Shown here in pieces: positions 1-9,434 of a stretch of 64,000 nucleotides of DNA. The DNA comes from Bdellovibrio sp. GTDB taxonomy: Bacteria > Bdellovibrionota > Bdellovibrionia > Bdellovibrionales > Bdellovibrionaceae. The stretch lies in the NCBI GenBank assembly GCA_036677065.1, contig JAKFBS010000002.1, positions 544,001-608,000 of the forward strand, given 5' to 3'. The position numbers and the translations under genes are program-made. Under the pieces are notes generated by a model. That model ran no database searches, was not told the DNA's origin, and was given only the letters and a program-made list of their open reading frames with translations. The first letter of the stretch is position 1; each line of letters begins with the position of its first letter.

Positions 1-56
1 AAAACAAGTTGGGTCATGATGACCTGAGAACGAGAAACGGTTTTAGCGTCTGACAT
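1..56 (-). CDS. 5' end of probable acyl-CoA thioesterase (hot-dog fold), runs off window
   Basis: Reverse strand reads MSDAKTVSRSQVIMTQLV after a GGAG RBS; resembles the N-terminus of YciA-type thioesterases. Confidence 0.5.
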   Translation of the reverse strand, partial: MSDAKTVSRSQVIMTQLV

Positions 57-93
57 GATGAAAATCTCCAGGTGTATATCATAGAGTTTACAC

Positions 94-131
94 AAAAAAA
101 AACGGGACATCAATTAAGATGACCCGTTTTT
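94..131 (-). terminator. Intrinsic terminator downstream of LuxR gene
   Basis: A9-CGGGACATC-aattaa-GATGACCCG-T5; hairpin flanked by A/T tracts. Confidence 0.75.
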
Positions 132-158
132 GATTTAACTAAATAAATCTGCTTAGAA

Positions 159-533
159 CTAAACGCCTAAATCAGAGTTACCATTGTTACGGCCGATGCC
201 GCCACCTGGTAAAGTGATTGTTGTGTTCCCAGCAGGGATTGTCGTCGCAATAGTAGCCTGTGTATTAAAAGCAGTTGCTCCAGCAGGTTGAGAGGCTTCC
301 ATACGTGCTTCACTTTCAACAAATCCTAAGTGCGGTAAGCACCATACGATTAATTGCGCGCGTGATTTAACATTCATTTTTTTGTAAATGTTTGTTAAAT
401 GAAATTTTACAGTTTTTTCTGTAACGAATAATTGATTCGCAACTTCTTTGTTCGAAAGACCTTTAGAAACTAGTTCAGCAACTTCTGCTTCACGATTAGA
501 AAGACCCTTTTGAATTAAAACATCTCTGAGCAT
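159..533 (-). CDS. Stand-alone LuxR/GerE-type HTH transcriptional regulator
   Basis: LSNREAEVAELVSKGLSNKEVANQLFVTEKTVKFHLTNIYKK motif; AGGAGG RBS. Confidence 0.92.
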   Translation of the reverse strand: MLRDVLIQKGLSNREAEVAELVSKGLSNKEVANQLFVTEKTVKFHLTNIYKKMNVKSRAQLIVWCLPHLGFVESEARMEASQPAGATAFNTQATIATTIPAGNTTITLPGGGIGRNNGNSDLGV

Positions 534-777
534 CCTTGCTCCTCCTGCTTAATTGTTTTTTGTTTAATACAGCTAATTTTTTTGTGTCACCCTGAGACTA
601 GTCTTGATTTCCGTATCTCGACTTTGCTTCAGATTAACAACAACAACCTGAATTTAAGTCTGACAGACTTTCGATAGAACGCAATACCTTTGGCTTTATT
701 TTTTTTCAAAACTAGACCGACCTCGTCAAAACCCCCGCAAACCTAGTAGATTCTAAGGAAATTTGTAAAAATTAACA

Positions 778-804
778 TAAGAAATCGAATCAATTAACCG
801 ATAA
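778..804 (+). promoter_or_regulatory. Sigma28 (FliA)-type promoter for cheY-cheX
   Basis: TAAG-N15-ACCGATAA upstream of the chemotaxis genes. Confidence 0.65.
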
Positions 805-824
805 GTCTGGGGTAAGGAGTCTAC

Positions 825-1244
825 ATGTTTATCCCAAATACAAAATTTCTCATCGTCGATGATTTTGCAACAATGCGCAAGGTAGTAAAAAAGGTTCTGG
901 TCGAGCTTGGCTACAGCGATATTCTAGAAGCCGAAGACGGAAAAATAGCATTACAGTTAATTCAAGACGCTGCCAACAATGGCGCGCCTTTTCAATGTAT
1001 CGTGTCTGATTGGAATATGCCAAATATGACAGGGCTTGAGCTATTAAAAGCCTGCAAGGCTGATCCTAAGCTTAAAGAGATCCCGTTCATGTTAGTCACT
1101 GCAGAGAGTGAAAAAGAACAAATCATCGAAGCAGCTAAGTCCGGCGTTTCTGAATACGTGGTCAAGCCCTTCAACGCGGCTACTTTAAAAGATAAACTTA
1201 CTCGCGTGTACAATAAACATAATCCAGCAGCGAAGGCGGCGTAA
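825..1244 (+). CDS. cheY: CheY-like single-domain response regulator
   Basis: LIVDDFATMRK, SDWNMPNMTGLELL, VTAE, YVVKPF. Confidence 0.9.
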   Translation: MFIPNTKFLIVDDFATMRKVVKKVLVELGYSDILEAEDGKIALQLIQDAANNGAPFQCIVSDWNMPNMTGLELLKACKADPKLKEIPFMLVTAESEKEQIIEAAKSGVSEYVVKPFNAATLKDKLTRVYNKHNPAAKAA

Positions 1245-1751
1245 GTGTCTACAGCTTTAAAAATTTCCACATTGAAAAACCCACTTTTTGAAAAAATCGT
1301 AGTGGGTAATATCTGCGCCGGCATCAAAGACACCCTAACTCAGCTAGGCCCTTTTGTTACAGAATTTCAACCGCATTTTTTTGCGACTGAATGGGCTGTA
1401 CCGACTCCGATTTCAGTGATTTTAAATTTAAAACAAGATGAACAGCCCGTACAGGTGCGTTTTCATTTCGACCCAAAACCCGTTATCGATATCTTAGAGG
1501 GCATGATTGGCGATAAAGTTGATCCAGAATCTCAAGATATTTTAGACGGCGTGGGCGAAATCAGTAATATGATTTATGGCCTTATTAAATCTAAAGCAAA
1601 TAGCTCAGGGTTTTCTTTCGGCATGAGCCGTCCCGAAGCTTGCTTTACCAAAGATATCCCGCCACATGTGAATCCTAATGGTCAAAGTTTAGTGATTCCA
1701 TTCTCTGTTAACGGCAGCGTATGCCATTTCGAATTTATTGTATTTCAATAA
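1245..1751 (+). CDS. cheX: CheX-like chemotaxis phosphatase
   Basis: DGVGEISNMIYG (E-x-x-N) motif; directly follows cheY. Confidence 0.75.
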   Translation: MSTALKISTLKNPLFEKIVVGNICAGIKDTLTQLGPFVTEFQPHFFATEWAVPTPISVILNLKQDEQPVQVRFHFDPKPVIDILEGMIGDKVDPESQDILDGVGEISNMIYGLIKSKANSSGFSFGMSRPEACFTKDIPPHVNPNGQSLVIPFSVNGSVCHFEFIVFQ

Positions 1752-1753
1752 TT

Positions 1754-3013
1754 TTAATCGATCAAATTTTGATTTTGTAAAAAAATAAGGGCTTCGGAAG
1801 AAGTCCTTATTTTTTTTTCAAATTGAGCTTTGCGCACAAACTGTAAAAGCGTGGCGATTTGTGCAGGCGCACATCTTCCATAAAACTCTGTTCCGCTTAA
1901 TAAAGGCTTAGGAAATTCGTTAAAATAACCTACAACGGCATCATTTAGGGTTATTGAACACTCCCCGTAGCTTGAATAAAATTGCAGTAGCATTAACGAA
2001 TGTTCTTTGTGCCGTTCTTTATCAATCAATAGCGCCAAGTCTAAAGCTTGCGGATTTTTTGAAAGTTCATGTTTAAGATCAATCGCTTTTTTAGCAAAAA
2101 CCGCATCTTCTTTAGAGCATTTTAGCCGAGCTTTTAAAAACTGAGCCGCCTCAGGAGCATAACTCCATAAGATAACGACATTCATAACAAGCTGTTGTAC
2201 ATGGGTCATTGCAGTGGTTTTTAACGCAGGCAAGGCTAATAAGTTATTTGCATTAAACTCAGCCCCAAGGGATTTCCATAATGCGGACGTTAACTCTTGC
2301 CCCCAGAAAAGACTTTCAGCATGGCTTTTAACTATTTTTAAAACCTCATCAAAAACGCGCTCACCACTGACTGTACGAATAAGATCGATATTATTTTTTG
2401 CAGCCGTTAAGTCTGCGTCAGGGATTTCAAAACCAAGCTGCGCCTTAAAACGCGCAAGCCTTAATAAGCGCAAATGATCTTCTTTAAATCTACGATCGGC
2501 ATCACCTACACAGCGTAGAATTTTATTTTCTAAATCCGAAACTCCGCCAACATAATCCAAAACCTGATGTTTTTCTAAATCATAAAATAACGCATTCACG
2601 GTAAAGTCGCGACGTTTCGCATCTTCAAGCGGCGTTGCACGCCTAATACCTTGAGGCCTGCGACCATCAACGTATTCGTCTTCTTCACGAAACACCGCCA
2701 GATCAATTATTATGTTTCTATTGTTGATAAAAAATGGAAGTTTATAAACGCCAAATTTTTGCCCTACGAGCACGGCCTTTGGAAAAAGCTCTAAGATTTC
2801 GTCATCACTGGCATCGGTCACTAAATCAATGTCAATCGGTGTGCGACCAAGCCACATATCACGAACTGCCCCGCCCGAAACCCAGCACAGGCGCTTTTTT
2901 TGAGCTAAATCTTTAGAAACCCTATAAATAAAACTCGCCGATTCTAATAAATTCAAGCGATCGGTAAAATCAATTTCATAAACAGAGTGACTCATATATA
3001 TACTATCATTCAT
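1754..3013 (-). CDS. cca: CCA tRNA nucleotidyltransferase / poly(A) polymerase family (start could be 2995)
   Basis: GGAVRD, DIDLVT, DAKRRDFTVNAL, RFKEDHLRLLRLARF, SGERV. Confidence 0.85.
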   Translation of the reverse strand: MNDSIYMSHSVYEIDFTDRLNLLESASFIYRVSKDLAQKKRLCWVSGGAVRDMWLGRTPIDIDLVTDASDDEILELFPKAVLVGQKFGVYKLPFFINNRNIIIDLAVFREEDEYVDGRRPQGIRRATPLEDAKRRDFTVNALFYDLEKHQVLDYVGGVSDLENKILRCVGDADRRFKEDHLRLLRLARFKAQLGFEIPDADLTAAKNNIDLIRTVSGERVFDEVLKIVKSHAESLFWGQELTSALWKSLGAEFNANNLLALPALKTTAMTHVQQLVMNVVILWSYAPEAAQFLKARLKCSKEDAVFAKKAIDLKHELSKNPQALDLALLIDKERHKEHSLMLLQFYSSYGECSITLNDAVVGYFNEFPKPLLSGTEFYGRCAPAQIATLLQFVRKAQFEKKIRTSSEALIFLQNQNLID

Positions 3014-3032
3014 GGTTTCAGAGCCGCACACA

Positions 3033-4124
3033 ATGAAAAATTTATTTAAAGACCCTTTGGATTTAATGTTAGATCCAAAGCTGAAATCTCATTTGCAGCA
3101 CATCAAACTAAATCAAAATTTTGATTTAGTCAGCGCGACAGCCTTGAATAAACCTTTGACCATCGACTTTTATAAAAATTGGCTAGCGAACAACCAGCAT
3201 GGCGACATGAATTACCTGGAAAGCCATTTACCCCTTAAAGAAGACCCTACACAAATTCACGCAAGCTTAAAATCAGCCATCACTATCGCTTTTCATTATT
3301 TTCCGGCGATTAAACCTTACCAGCAGTATGTTCCAGCGCGTGCCGCCCTTTACGCACAAAATGAAGATTATCATTTTTGGTTAAAAGAAAAACTCACCAT
3401 CAGCATTAGCTATTTACAAACGCAGTACCCCGGTGAACATTTTTTTCCTTATGTGGATTCAGGCCCAGTGTTAGAACGCGATTTAGCCTACCAAGCAGGT
3501 CTTGGCTGGTTTGGTAAAAACACCTGCATCATCCATTCGCAAAAAGGCAGCTTATTTTTCTTAGCTGAAATTTTAACTTCGATTGAAGTAAAAGAAAAAC
3601 TGCCGCTACATGAAGACCTGTGCGGGTCTTGCAGTAAGTGCATCGATATCTGCCCTACAGGTGCTTTGTCAGGTGATAAAAAATTAAATGCCAATAAGTG
3701 CATTTCATATTTAACCATTGAATCAAAAACTGTCGCCCCTAAAGAACTACGCCCCATGATAAGCGATTGGTTTTTTGGTTGTGATTTATGCCAGACAGTT
3801 TGCCCGTGGAATCAAAAAAAACTAAATATTCTTGTTCCAGAACATAGCCAAAAATCCAGCGCGCCGTTTTTAAGTTTAACTGCAGAAAAAGAACAAGAAT
3901 TAGAAGATTTTTTTCGCACGATTTTAGATTCTTCGAATAAAAAAATTCAAAAAATATTTTACGGAACACCAATGTTAAGATCTGGTGGTTTTGGCTTAAA
4001 ACGCAATGCCATGGTGGTTATTGCTAATCGCAAAATGACTAACCTAAAAGCTGAAGTCGCAAAGTACACTGAAGATCCAAAGTTAGCCGAACTGGCTCAG
4101 TGGACACTAGAGCAACTTAACTAA
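3033..4124 (+). CDS. queG: Epoxyqueuosine reductase QueG (start 3033 or 3066)
   Basis: VDSGPVLERDLA, GLGWFGKN, CGSCSKCIDICPTGAL, CISYLTIE, FGCDLCQTVCPWN. Confidence 0.92.
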   Translation: MKNLFKDPLDLMLDPKLKSHLQHIKLNQNFDLVSATALNKPLTIDFYKNWLANNQHGDMNYLESHLPLKEDPTQIHASLKSAITIAFHYFPAIKPYQQYVPARAALYAQNEDYHFWLKEKLTISISYLQTQYPGEHFFPYVDSGPVLERDLAYQAGLGWFGKNTCIIHSQKGSLFFLAEILTSIEVKEKLPLHEDLCGSCSKCIDICPTGALSGDKKLNANKCISYLTIESKTVAPKELRPMISDWFFGCDLCQTVCPWNQKKLNILVPEHSQKSSAPFLSLTAEKEQELEDFFRTILDSSNKKIQKIFYGTPMLRSGGFGLKRNAMVVIANRKMTNLKAEVAKYTEDPKLAELAQWTLEQLN

Positions 4125-4513
4125 ATACCGATCGCTGTTTTCCACTCAGGCGTTGGCAAAATAATTTTTCTGGCTTTTAAATCAAAAAATGCAAGCACCA
4201 CGATAAGCTCAGCACAGACTTCATTTTTATCGTTAAACATTTCTTGTTTTAGTTTTCCGATTTTTCCGTTGTATTCAGTGCACTCTACTGAAATTTTAAT
4301 TTTATCACGTTGTTTAAGCTCTTTGATAAAACGTAAATGGGCTTCTAAAATCACAGGGCCTTGACCGGTTTCCTGAATTTTCTTTAAGCCAAATCCACGC
4401 TCAGTAATGAGATCCCAGCGGGCTTGTTCGAATAGCTCTAAATAACGAGCGTTATTCATATGGCCAAAAATATCCAAATGCGTTTCTTGCACCATGGTTT
4501 CAAATAAATACAT
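4121..4513 (-). CDS. Acyl-CoA thioesterase (4HBT/YbgC family)
   Basis: LDIFGHMNNARYLELFEQAR. Confidence 0.88.
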   Translation of the reverse strand: MYLFETMVQETHLDIFGHMNNARYLELFEQARWDLITERGFGLKKIQETGQGPVILEAHLRFIKELKQRDKIKISVECTEYNGKIGKLKQEMFNDKNEVCAELIVVLAFFDLKARKIILPTPEWKTAIGI

Positions 4514-4523
4514 AAGAACCTAC

Positions 4524-5127
4524 TTAGTTAATTAAAAAACCCAAGCTGATCGCTGGGTATGTTTCTTTAGCGATATACTCGTCGAAATTACTGATCGTAT
4601 CATTTGCTTTATAGTTCACCTGACGGTGAGATATTAAAGCGCCGATATAAAAATTCGAAGCAAAAGGAACTTTATATTCAAGGTCTGCCTGAAAACCACT
4701 GCCTTTGCGGTAATCACCAAAGCTTTCGTCATGACGGTAAAAGGCGCGAAAATTAAAATTATTACGAAAAAAAATAACCAAAACCCACTCCGCCGGTTTT
4801 ACCGTTTGTGGTTCCCGCTAAAGTTGAATAGTTTTTTACCGAATATAACAGACCTAAATACCAGTTGCTGTCATTGATATAGCCAAGCTTAGAATCGTAA
4901 ATAGACGTGTTGTTTTTAAAATCTTGTGTTGATGGGTTGCCGGCAGCTTCGGCCTGACCGTAATGAATACCGAAGTCTAAAAGTACGCCAGATTTACCGG
5001 CCACATAAACTGAGCCTCCGCGCGACGAACCACCACCACCGCCACGAGTTTGCGCCGGGCTGATGATAGACAAACTCATCACGACAAATACAATAGATAA
5101 AAATGACTTAGATACAATTTTGATCAA
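4524..5127 (-). pseudogene. Small outer-membrane beta-barrel protein, frameshifted at poly-T8 tract (4767-4774)
   Basis: ORF 4762-5127 (signal peptide, beta strands) and ORF 4524-4781 (ends AISLGFLIN) join in frame if one T is removed: ...GVGFGYFF|RNNFNFRAFY... Confidence 0.75.
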
Positions 5128-5259
5128 GTTAACGATTCCTTGTTTTTTATTGTGAAAAATTTATAAAAAATGTTCAATACACAATTCTAACGCAAGGCAG
5201 AAGTCTATGCGCAACACTTTCTTGATGACTTCAATTTTAGGCTATGGTTTTTCACGTGT

Positions 5260-5862
5260 ATGCGAAGAATCAAACCTGCATTAAAACTTGTAGTACTGCT
5301 GATCAATTTAGTGTTCTGCTTCGCATTTACATCTACGTCCCAGGCCGCTGAAAGCATCAAAGGCCGCATTAAAAAAGTAGATAATACTTATCTTATCGTC
5401 ACAAAAAACCAAATTGCTTATACTTTAGATTTTTCAAACGGCGTTTCTGAACAACAAATCAGACGTTTGAATAATGGCGACTTCGCCTCTGTGTCTGCTA
5501 ACTTTAGCAGCATCTCTCCAAGCCTTATCTACGTCACGTCTGTTGATTACGTAGGTCTAAACATGCTGACTGGTATTTGGTTAAGTGAAGCTGGCTTGTG
5601 CTACGAATTCGCAACCTTTACGCGCTTATATGTCTATGGCCCTGACAATGACGGTGAATGTGTACGCAGTCTTGATCCCGAAGAGTACTCAAAATACACC
5701 TACTTCATCAATCCTGATGTCGACGCATGGAATATGTTAATTTCTTCGAACAATTCAGAATTCGTCGGCAACCTTGATATTATCAGCGATGATGAGATCA
5801 CAATAGAGTTGTTTGACGCCCGAACTGACGCTACCCTAGGAACAATGGTTCTTAGGAGATAG
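5260..5862 (+). CDS. Hypothetical exported protein
   Basis: Signal peptide ending SQA; first gene of an operon with hutG and the threonine aldolase. Confidence 0.75.
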   Translation: MRRIKPALKLVVLLINLVFCFAFTSTSQAAESIKGRIKKVDNTYLIVTKNQIAYTLDFSNGVSEQQIRRLNNGDFASVSANFSSISPSLIYVTSVDYVGLNMLTGIWLSEAGLCYEFATFTRLYVYGPDNDGECVRSLDPEEYSKYTYFINPDVDAWNMLISSNNSEFVGNLDIISDDEITIELFDARTDATLGTMVLRR

Positions 5863-5867
5863 ACAAA

Positions 5868-6815
5868 TTGTTTCTACCGGTTAAATCTGACATCTTTTTT
5901 ACAAAAAATGATCCTGAAGATATTCGTCTTGGCGATTTAGCCCGTTCTGTGAATTTTGACGAATTAAAACCTAATGACTTCGTTATCTTTGGCTATCCTG
6001 ACGATGACGGCATTAAGCTCAATGGTGGCCGCATAGGCGCCGCCGAAGCTCCCAGATTAATTCGCCAATTTCTTTATAAAATGACTCCTTCTTACAAAAA
6101 GGCGATCGTTAAAAGCAATATTCACGATTATGGCGACCTTGCATTAACCACTGGTGACATTGCTGTTCGCCACGATATGGCTCGCAAACATTTAGTGAAA
6201 TGTTTAATGAAAGACGCCAAAGTGATTTGTATCGGTGGAGGCCATGATTATGGTTTTGCAGATGCCGCAGCTTTTGTGGATCGTTATCAATCAAGCCATA
6301 AGAAAAAACCTATTATCATTAATTTTGATGCTCATATGGATGTACGCCCTCCGAAAAATGGACCAAACAGCGGCACACCTTTTTACCGTCTTTACGATGA
6401 GCACCAAAATCGTTTTCAATTGATCGAAATCGGCATTCAAAATCAGTGTAATTCGGCTCACCATATTCGCTGGGCTAAAGAGCGCGATATTCAAATCGTG
6501 GATTTAGATTTACTGCGAACGACAGGCTGGGGCGCTGCGTGGACTCAAACTGCACTTAAAGATTTAGATCATGATCAACCGGTGTTTGTAAGCTTTGATA
6601 TCGACGCTTTAACAGCAGCTGAAGCCGGAGGCTGTAGCCAAGCCTGGGCAACGGGTTTAAAAATTGATGAGTGTTTAAATTTTCTGACTCAGCTTTATAG
6701 CAAATGTAAAGTGCGTGGCTTTGGGGTGTATGAAGTATCGCCACCACTTGATCGTGATTTTCAAACTTCGAAAACTGCGGCCCTTTTATTACATCACTTT
6801 ATTTTTAACAGCTAG
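5868..6815 (+). CDS. hutG: Formimidoylglutamase (arginase family)
   Basis: DDGIKLNGGRIGA, GGGHD, NFDAHMDVR, SGTPF, SFDID, EVSPPLD. Confidence 0.85.
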   Translation: MFLPVKSDIFFTKNDPEDIRLGDLARSVNFDELKPNDFVIFGYPDDDGIKLNGGRIGAAEAPRLIRQFLYKMTPSYKKAIVKSNIHDYGDLALTTGDIAVRHDMARKHLVKCLMKDAKVICIGGGHDYGFADAAAFVDRYQSSHKKKPIIINFDAHMDVRPPKNGPNSGTPFYRLYDEHQNRFQLIEIGIQNQCNSAHHIRWAKERDIQIVDLDLLRTTGWGAAWTQTALKDLDHDQPVFVSFDIDALTAAEAGGCSQAWATGLKIDECLNFLTQLYSKCKVRGFGVYEVSPPLDRDFQTSKTAALLLHHFIFNS

Positions 6816-6818
6816 GAC

Positions 6819-7835
6819 ATGTCTATGCGTGGATTTGGCAGCGATAATCATTCCGGAGTTCATCCCGAAATTTTACAGGCCATCACAGCAGCTAACGTTG
6901 GCCACGCCCCTAGTTACGGCACTGATCCAATAACCGAAAAATGCCAACAGGCTTTTAAAAACTTTTTTGGCAAATCATGCGAAGCTTTCTTTGTCTTTAA
7001 CGGTACTGCGGCCAATGTTTTATCATTAAAAACTTTAATGAAAAGTTATGAATCGTGTTTTGTAACTGACATCAGCCATATGAATCTAGATGAGTGCGGC
7101 GCTCCAGAATTTTTTGCCGGAAAACTAATTCCGGTAAAATCTATTGATGGAAAATTAACAATCGCTGAGTTGGAAAAACATTTAATTCGTCTGGGCGACC
7201 AACACCACACGCAACCTCGCGTGGTAAGCCTGACTCAACCGACTGAAGTCGGTACTTTATATTCATTGGATGAAATTAAGACGATCACTGCCTGGGCTAA
7301 AAAAAATAACCTATTCGTGCATATGGATGGCGCTAGATTTACCAATGCCGTTTATAAATTAAATTGCAGCATGCAACAGCTGACTGTGGATCTAGGTGTA
7401 GATGTGCTGTCGTTTGGTGGCACTAAGAATGGTTTAATGTTCGGCGAGGCTGTTGTTATCTTAAACCCGGCATTAGCAAAAGATTTTAAATATATTCGCA
7501 AACAAGCAGCACAACTACCTTCAAAAACTCGTTTTATCGCAGCTCAGTTTCTGGCTTTTTTTAATGATGAGTTGTATCTAAAAATCGCGAAACATTCTTG
7601 TGATATGGCTCAGTATTTTTTAGAAACTTTAAATGGCAAGCTTAAAGTGAATTACCCTGTGCAAAGCAATGCTCTATTTGCTGAGATTCCTCAAGATTTA
7701 GTCAAAAAACTTAAACAGCAGTATTTTTTCTATGTTTGGGATGAAAAAACTTTTGAATGCCGTCTGATGACCAGCTGGGACACACAAAAAGAAGATATTG
7801 AGGGCTTTTGCAAAGCCCTTAACGAAGTTTTATAA
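6819..7835 (+). CDS. ltaE: Low-specificity L-threonine aldolase
   Basis: FGSDN, FNGTAAN, HMDGARF, SFGGTKNG (PLP lysine). Confidence 0.9.
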   Translation: MSMRGFGSDNHSGVHPEILQAITAANVGHAPSYGTDPITEKCQQAFKNFFGKSCEAFFVFNGTAANVLSLKTLMKSYESCFVTDISHMNLDECGAPEFFAGKLIPVKSIDGKLTIAELEKHLIRLGDQHHTQPRVVSLTQPTEVGTLYSLDEIKTITAWAKKNNLFVHMDGARFTNAVYKLNCSMQQLTVDLGVDVLSFGGTKNGLMFGEAVVILNPALAKDFKYIRKQAAQLPSKTRFIAAQFLAFFNDELYLKIAKHSCDMAQYFLETLNGKLKVNYPVQSNALFAEIPQDLVKKLKQQYFFYVWDEKTFECRLMTSWDTQKEDIEGFCKALNEVL

Positions 7836-8285
7836 CTGCTTCAGCGCTTGCAGAATTAAAGCCGCATGGCCTTCAGCTTTGACCTTACGGTATTCACCGA
7901 CAATTTTATTGTTTTCATCGATGATAAATGTTGAGCGCTCTACGCCCATGACTTTTTTTCCGTACATGTTTTTTTCTTTGATCACGTCGAAAAATTGACA
8001 AAGTTTTTCTTCGGTATCAGCTAACAGCTCAAATTTAAAATTACATTTCTGGATAAATTTATCGTGCGATTTTAAATTATCGCGTGAGATGCCGTAAATG
8101 ACTGTGTTTATTTTTTTGAACTCATTTAAAAATGAATTAAACTCATTACCTTGAATTGTGCACCCCGGGGTGTTGTCTTTCGGGTAAAAATACAAAACCG
8201 TCGTATGGCCTTTTAGATCTTGTAGATTAATTGATTTTCCTGATGAAGATTCGACGGTTAAATTAGGTAATGATTTTCCCAGCAT
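7830..8285 (-). CDS. bcp: Peroxiredoxin, BCP/PrxQ type (start MLGKSL)
   Basis: LYFYPKDNTPGCT, GISRD, GVERSTFIID. Confidence 0.9.
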   Translation of the reverse strand: MLGKSLPNLTVESSSGKSINLQDLKGHTTVLYFYPKDNTPGCTIQGNEFNSFLNEFKKINTVIYGISRDNLKSHDKFIQKCNFKFELLADTEEKLCQFFDVIKEKNMYGKKVMGVERSTFIIDENNKIVGEYRKVKAEGHAALILQALKQL

Positions 8286-8286
8286 C

Positions 8287-9348
8287 TTAACGTCCGTAAG
8301 GTTGTTGTGGAGGCTGGCTTTGGTCGTCTTGGTTTTGGACTTCGTCTTGGCTGACTTCACCTGTGCCTGAGACACTTTGCGCGTTGGCTTCGCCGCCTTC
8401 TGCTTCACCTGAGCCGGTCGCATTGAAGTATTCTGGCTCTGCGGTGTGCGGCTTGTTTTCTTCTTTAAGACTTTCTTCTTTTTGGGCATCTTTTACATCC
8501 TCTTTAGGCGCTTCTTTAGTTTCTTCGTCGGCTTTTTCTAATCCCAGAAGTTTATTTTGCATGTCAGTGAAATCATCTTTAACTTTAATTTCTTTTTCAA
8601 TGATCGAAATTTTTCCTGACATGGGCACTGTCATATTGATTTTTTTTGTTTCGATTAAATCTTTGTACTGCCCGCCTTCAATCACTAACTCATCAGCTTG
8701 GTTACGGTTAAATTCATACTTCTTAATTTTTAACTCATAAAGATTAATATCTAAACCCGTTATGCGTGGGGAAAAAACGGTATCTTTGCAATTGAACGAC
8801 TGCACCTTGTTATCTTTGATTGAAAATTGACAGACTCTTTCGGGATTAATACCCGCCGCATTACCTAAAATGACTTTCCAATTAGGGGTAAAAAAGACAA
8901 CAGTTAACTTATTTCTATTCACCACATCTTCGCTGATCTCGGCTAATTTTTTTGCGGGCTTGGTGCATTCGCTGTAAATTTCAAACTTTTTAGTTCCCGC
9001 ACGCACTGCTATTTTTTGGCAGCCAAAGCCTGGCAAAAATCCGGTTTTTGCCCCATTAAACTTATCAAATCCGTAAGCTAGCACTTCGAACTGATTAACA
9101 TCAGGAGCACTGGCTTCTAGAATAAGCTTTAACACTTCTTTTTCAAGACTTGCGATAAACTTAAGATTGCCAGTTAACATTTTCGCAAATGCGAGTTCAT
9201 CATTTAAAGTTTGTGAGGCCAGCGGCGCGACGACGGTGACAGGAGTTGCAACGACTTCTTCTTCAGTCTTCGTTGCGGGAAGGTCTTTTTTTGTGCAACT
9301 AAAGAGCAAAGCCAGCGTGATACATGTCGTTATGAATATCAGTTTCAT
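8287..9348 (-). CDS. Hypothetical lipoprotein with acidic low-complexity C-tail
   Basis: Lipobox LLFSC; E/Q-rich tail. Confidence 0.8.
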   Translation of the reverse strand: MKLIFITTCITLALLFSCTKKDLPATKTEEEVVATPVTVVAPLASQTLNDELAFAKMLTGNLKFIASLEKEVLKLILEASAPDVNQFEVLAYGFDKFNGAKTGFLPGFGCQKIAVRAGTKKFEIYSECTKPAKKLAEISEDVVNRNKLTVVFFTPNWKVILGNAAGINPERVCQFSIKDNKVQSFNCKDTVFSPRITGLDINLYELKIKKYEFNRNQADELVIEGGQYKDLIETKKINMTVPMSGKISIIEKEIKVKDDFTDMQNKLLGLEKADEETKEAPKEDVKDAQKEESLKEENKPHTAEPEYFNATGSGEAEGGEANAQSVSGTGEVSQDEVQNQDDQSQPPQQPYGR

Positions 9349-9434
9349 GACCTTATTATGCTGTTTCTTGTTTTCATTTTACAAGTTTTAGTTGAAAATA
9401 ATTTAGCAAATCAGCAACACGACAAGGATGTAGA

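Noticed and set aside
8286..8489. Lys-rich N-terminal extension on the peroxiredoxin ORF
   Set aside because: It is an alternative frame overlapping the 3' end of the lipoprotein gene; the BCP domain starts at Met 8285 just after that stop
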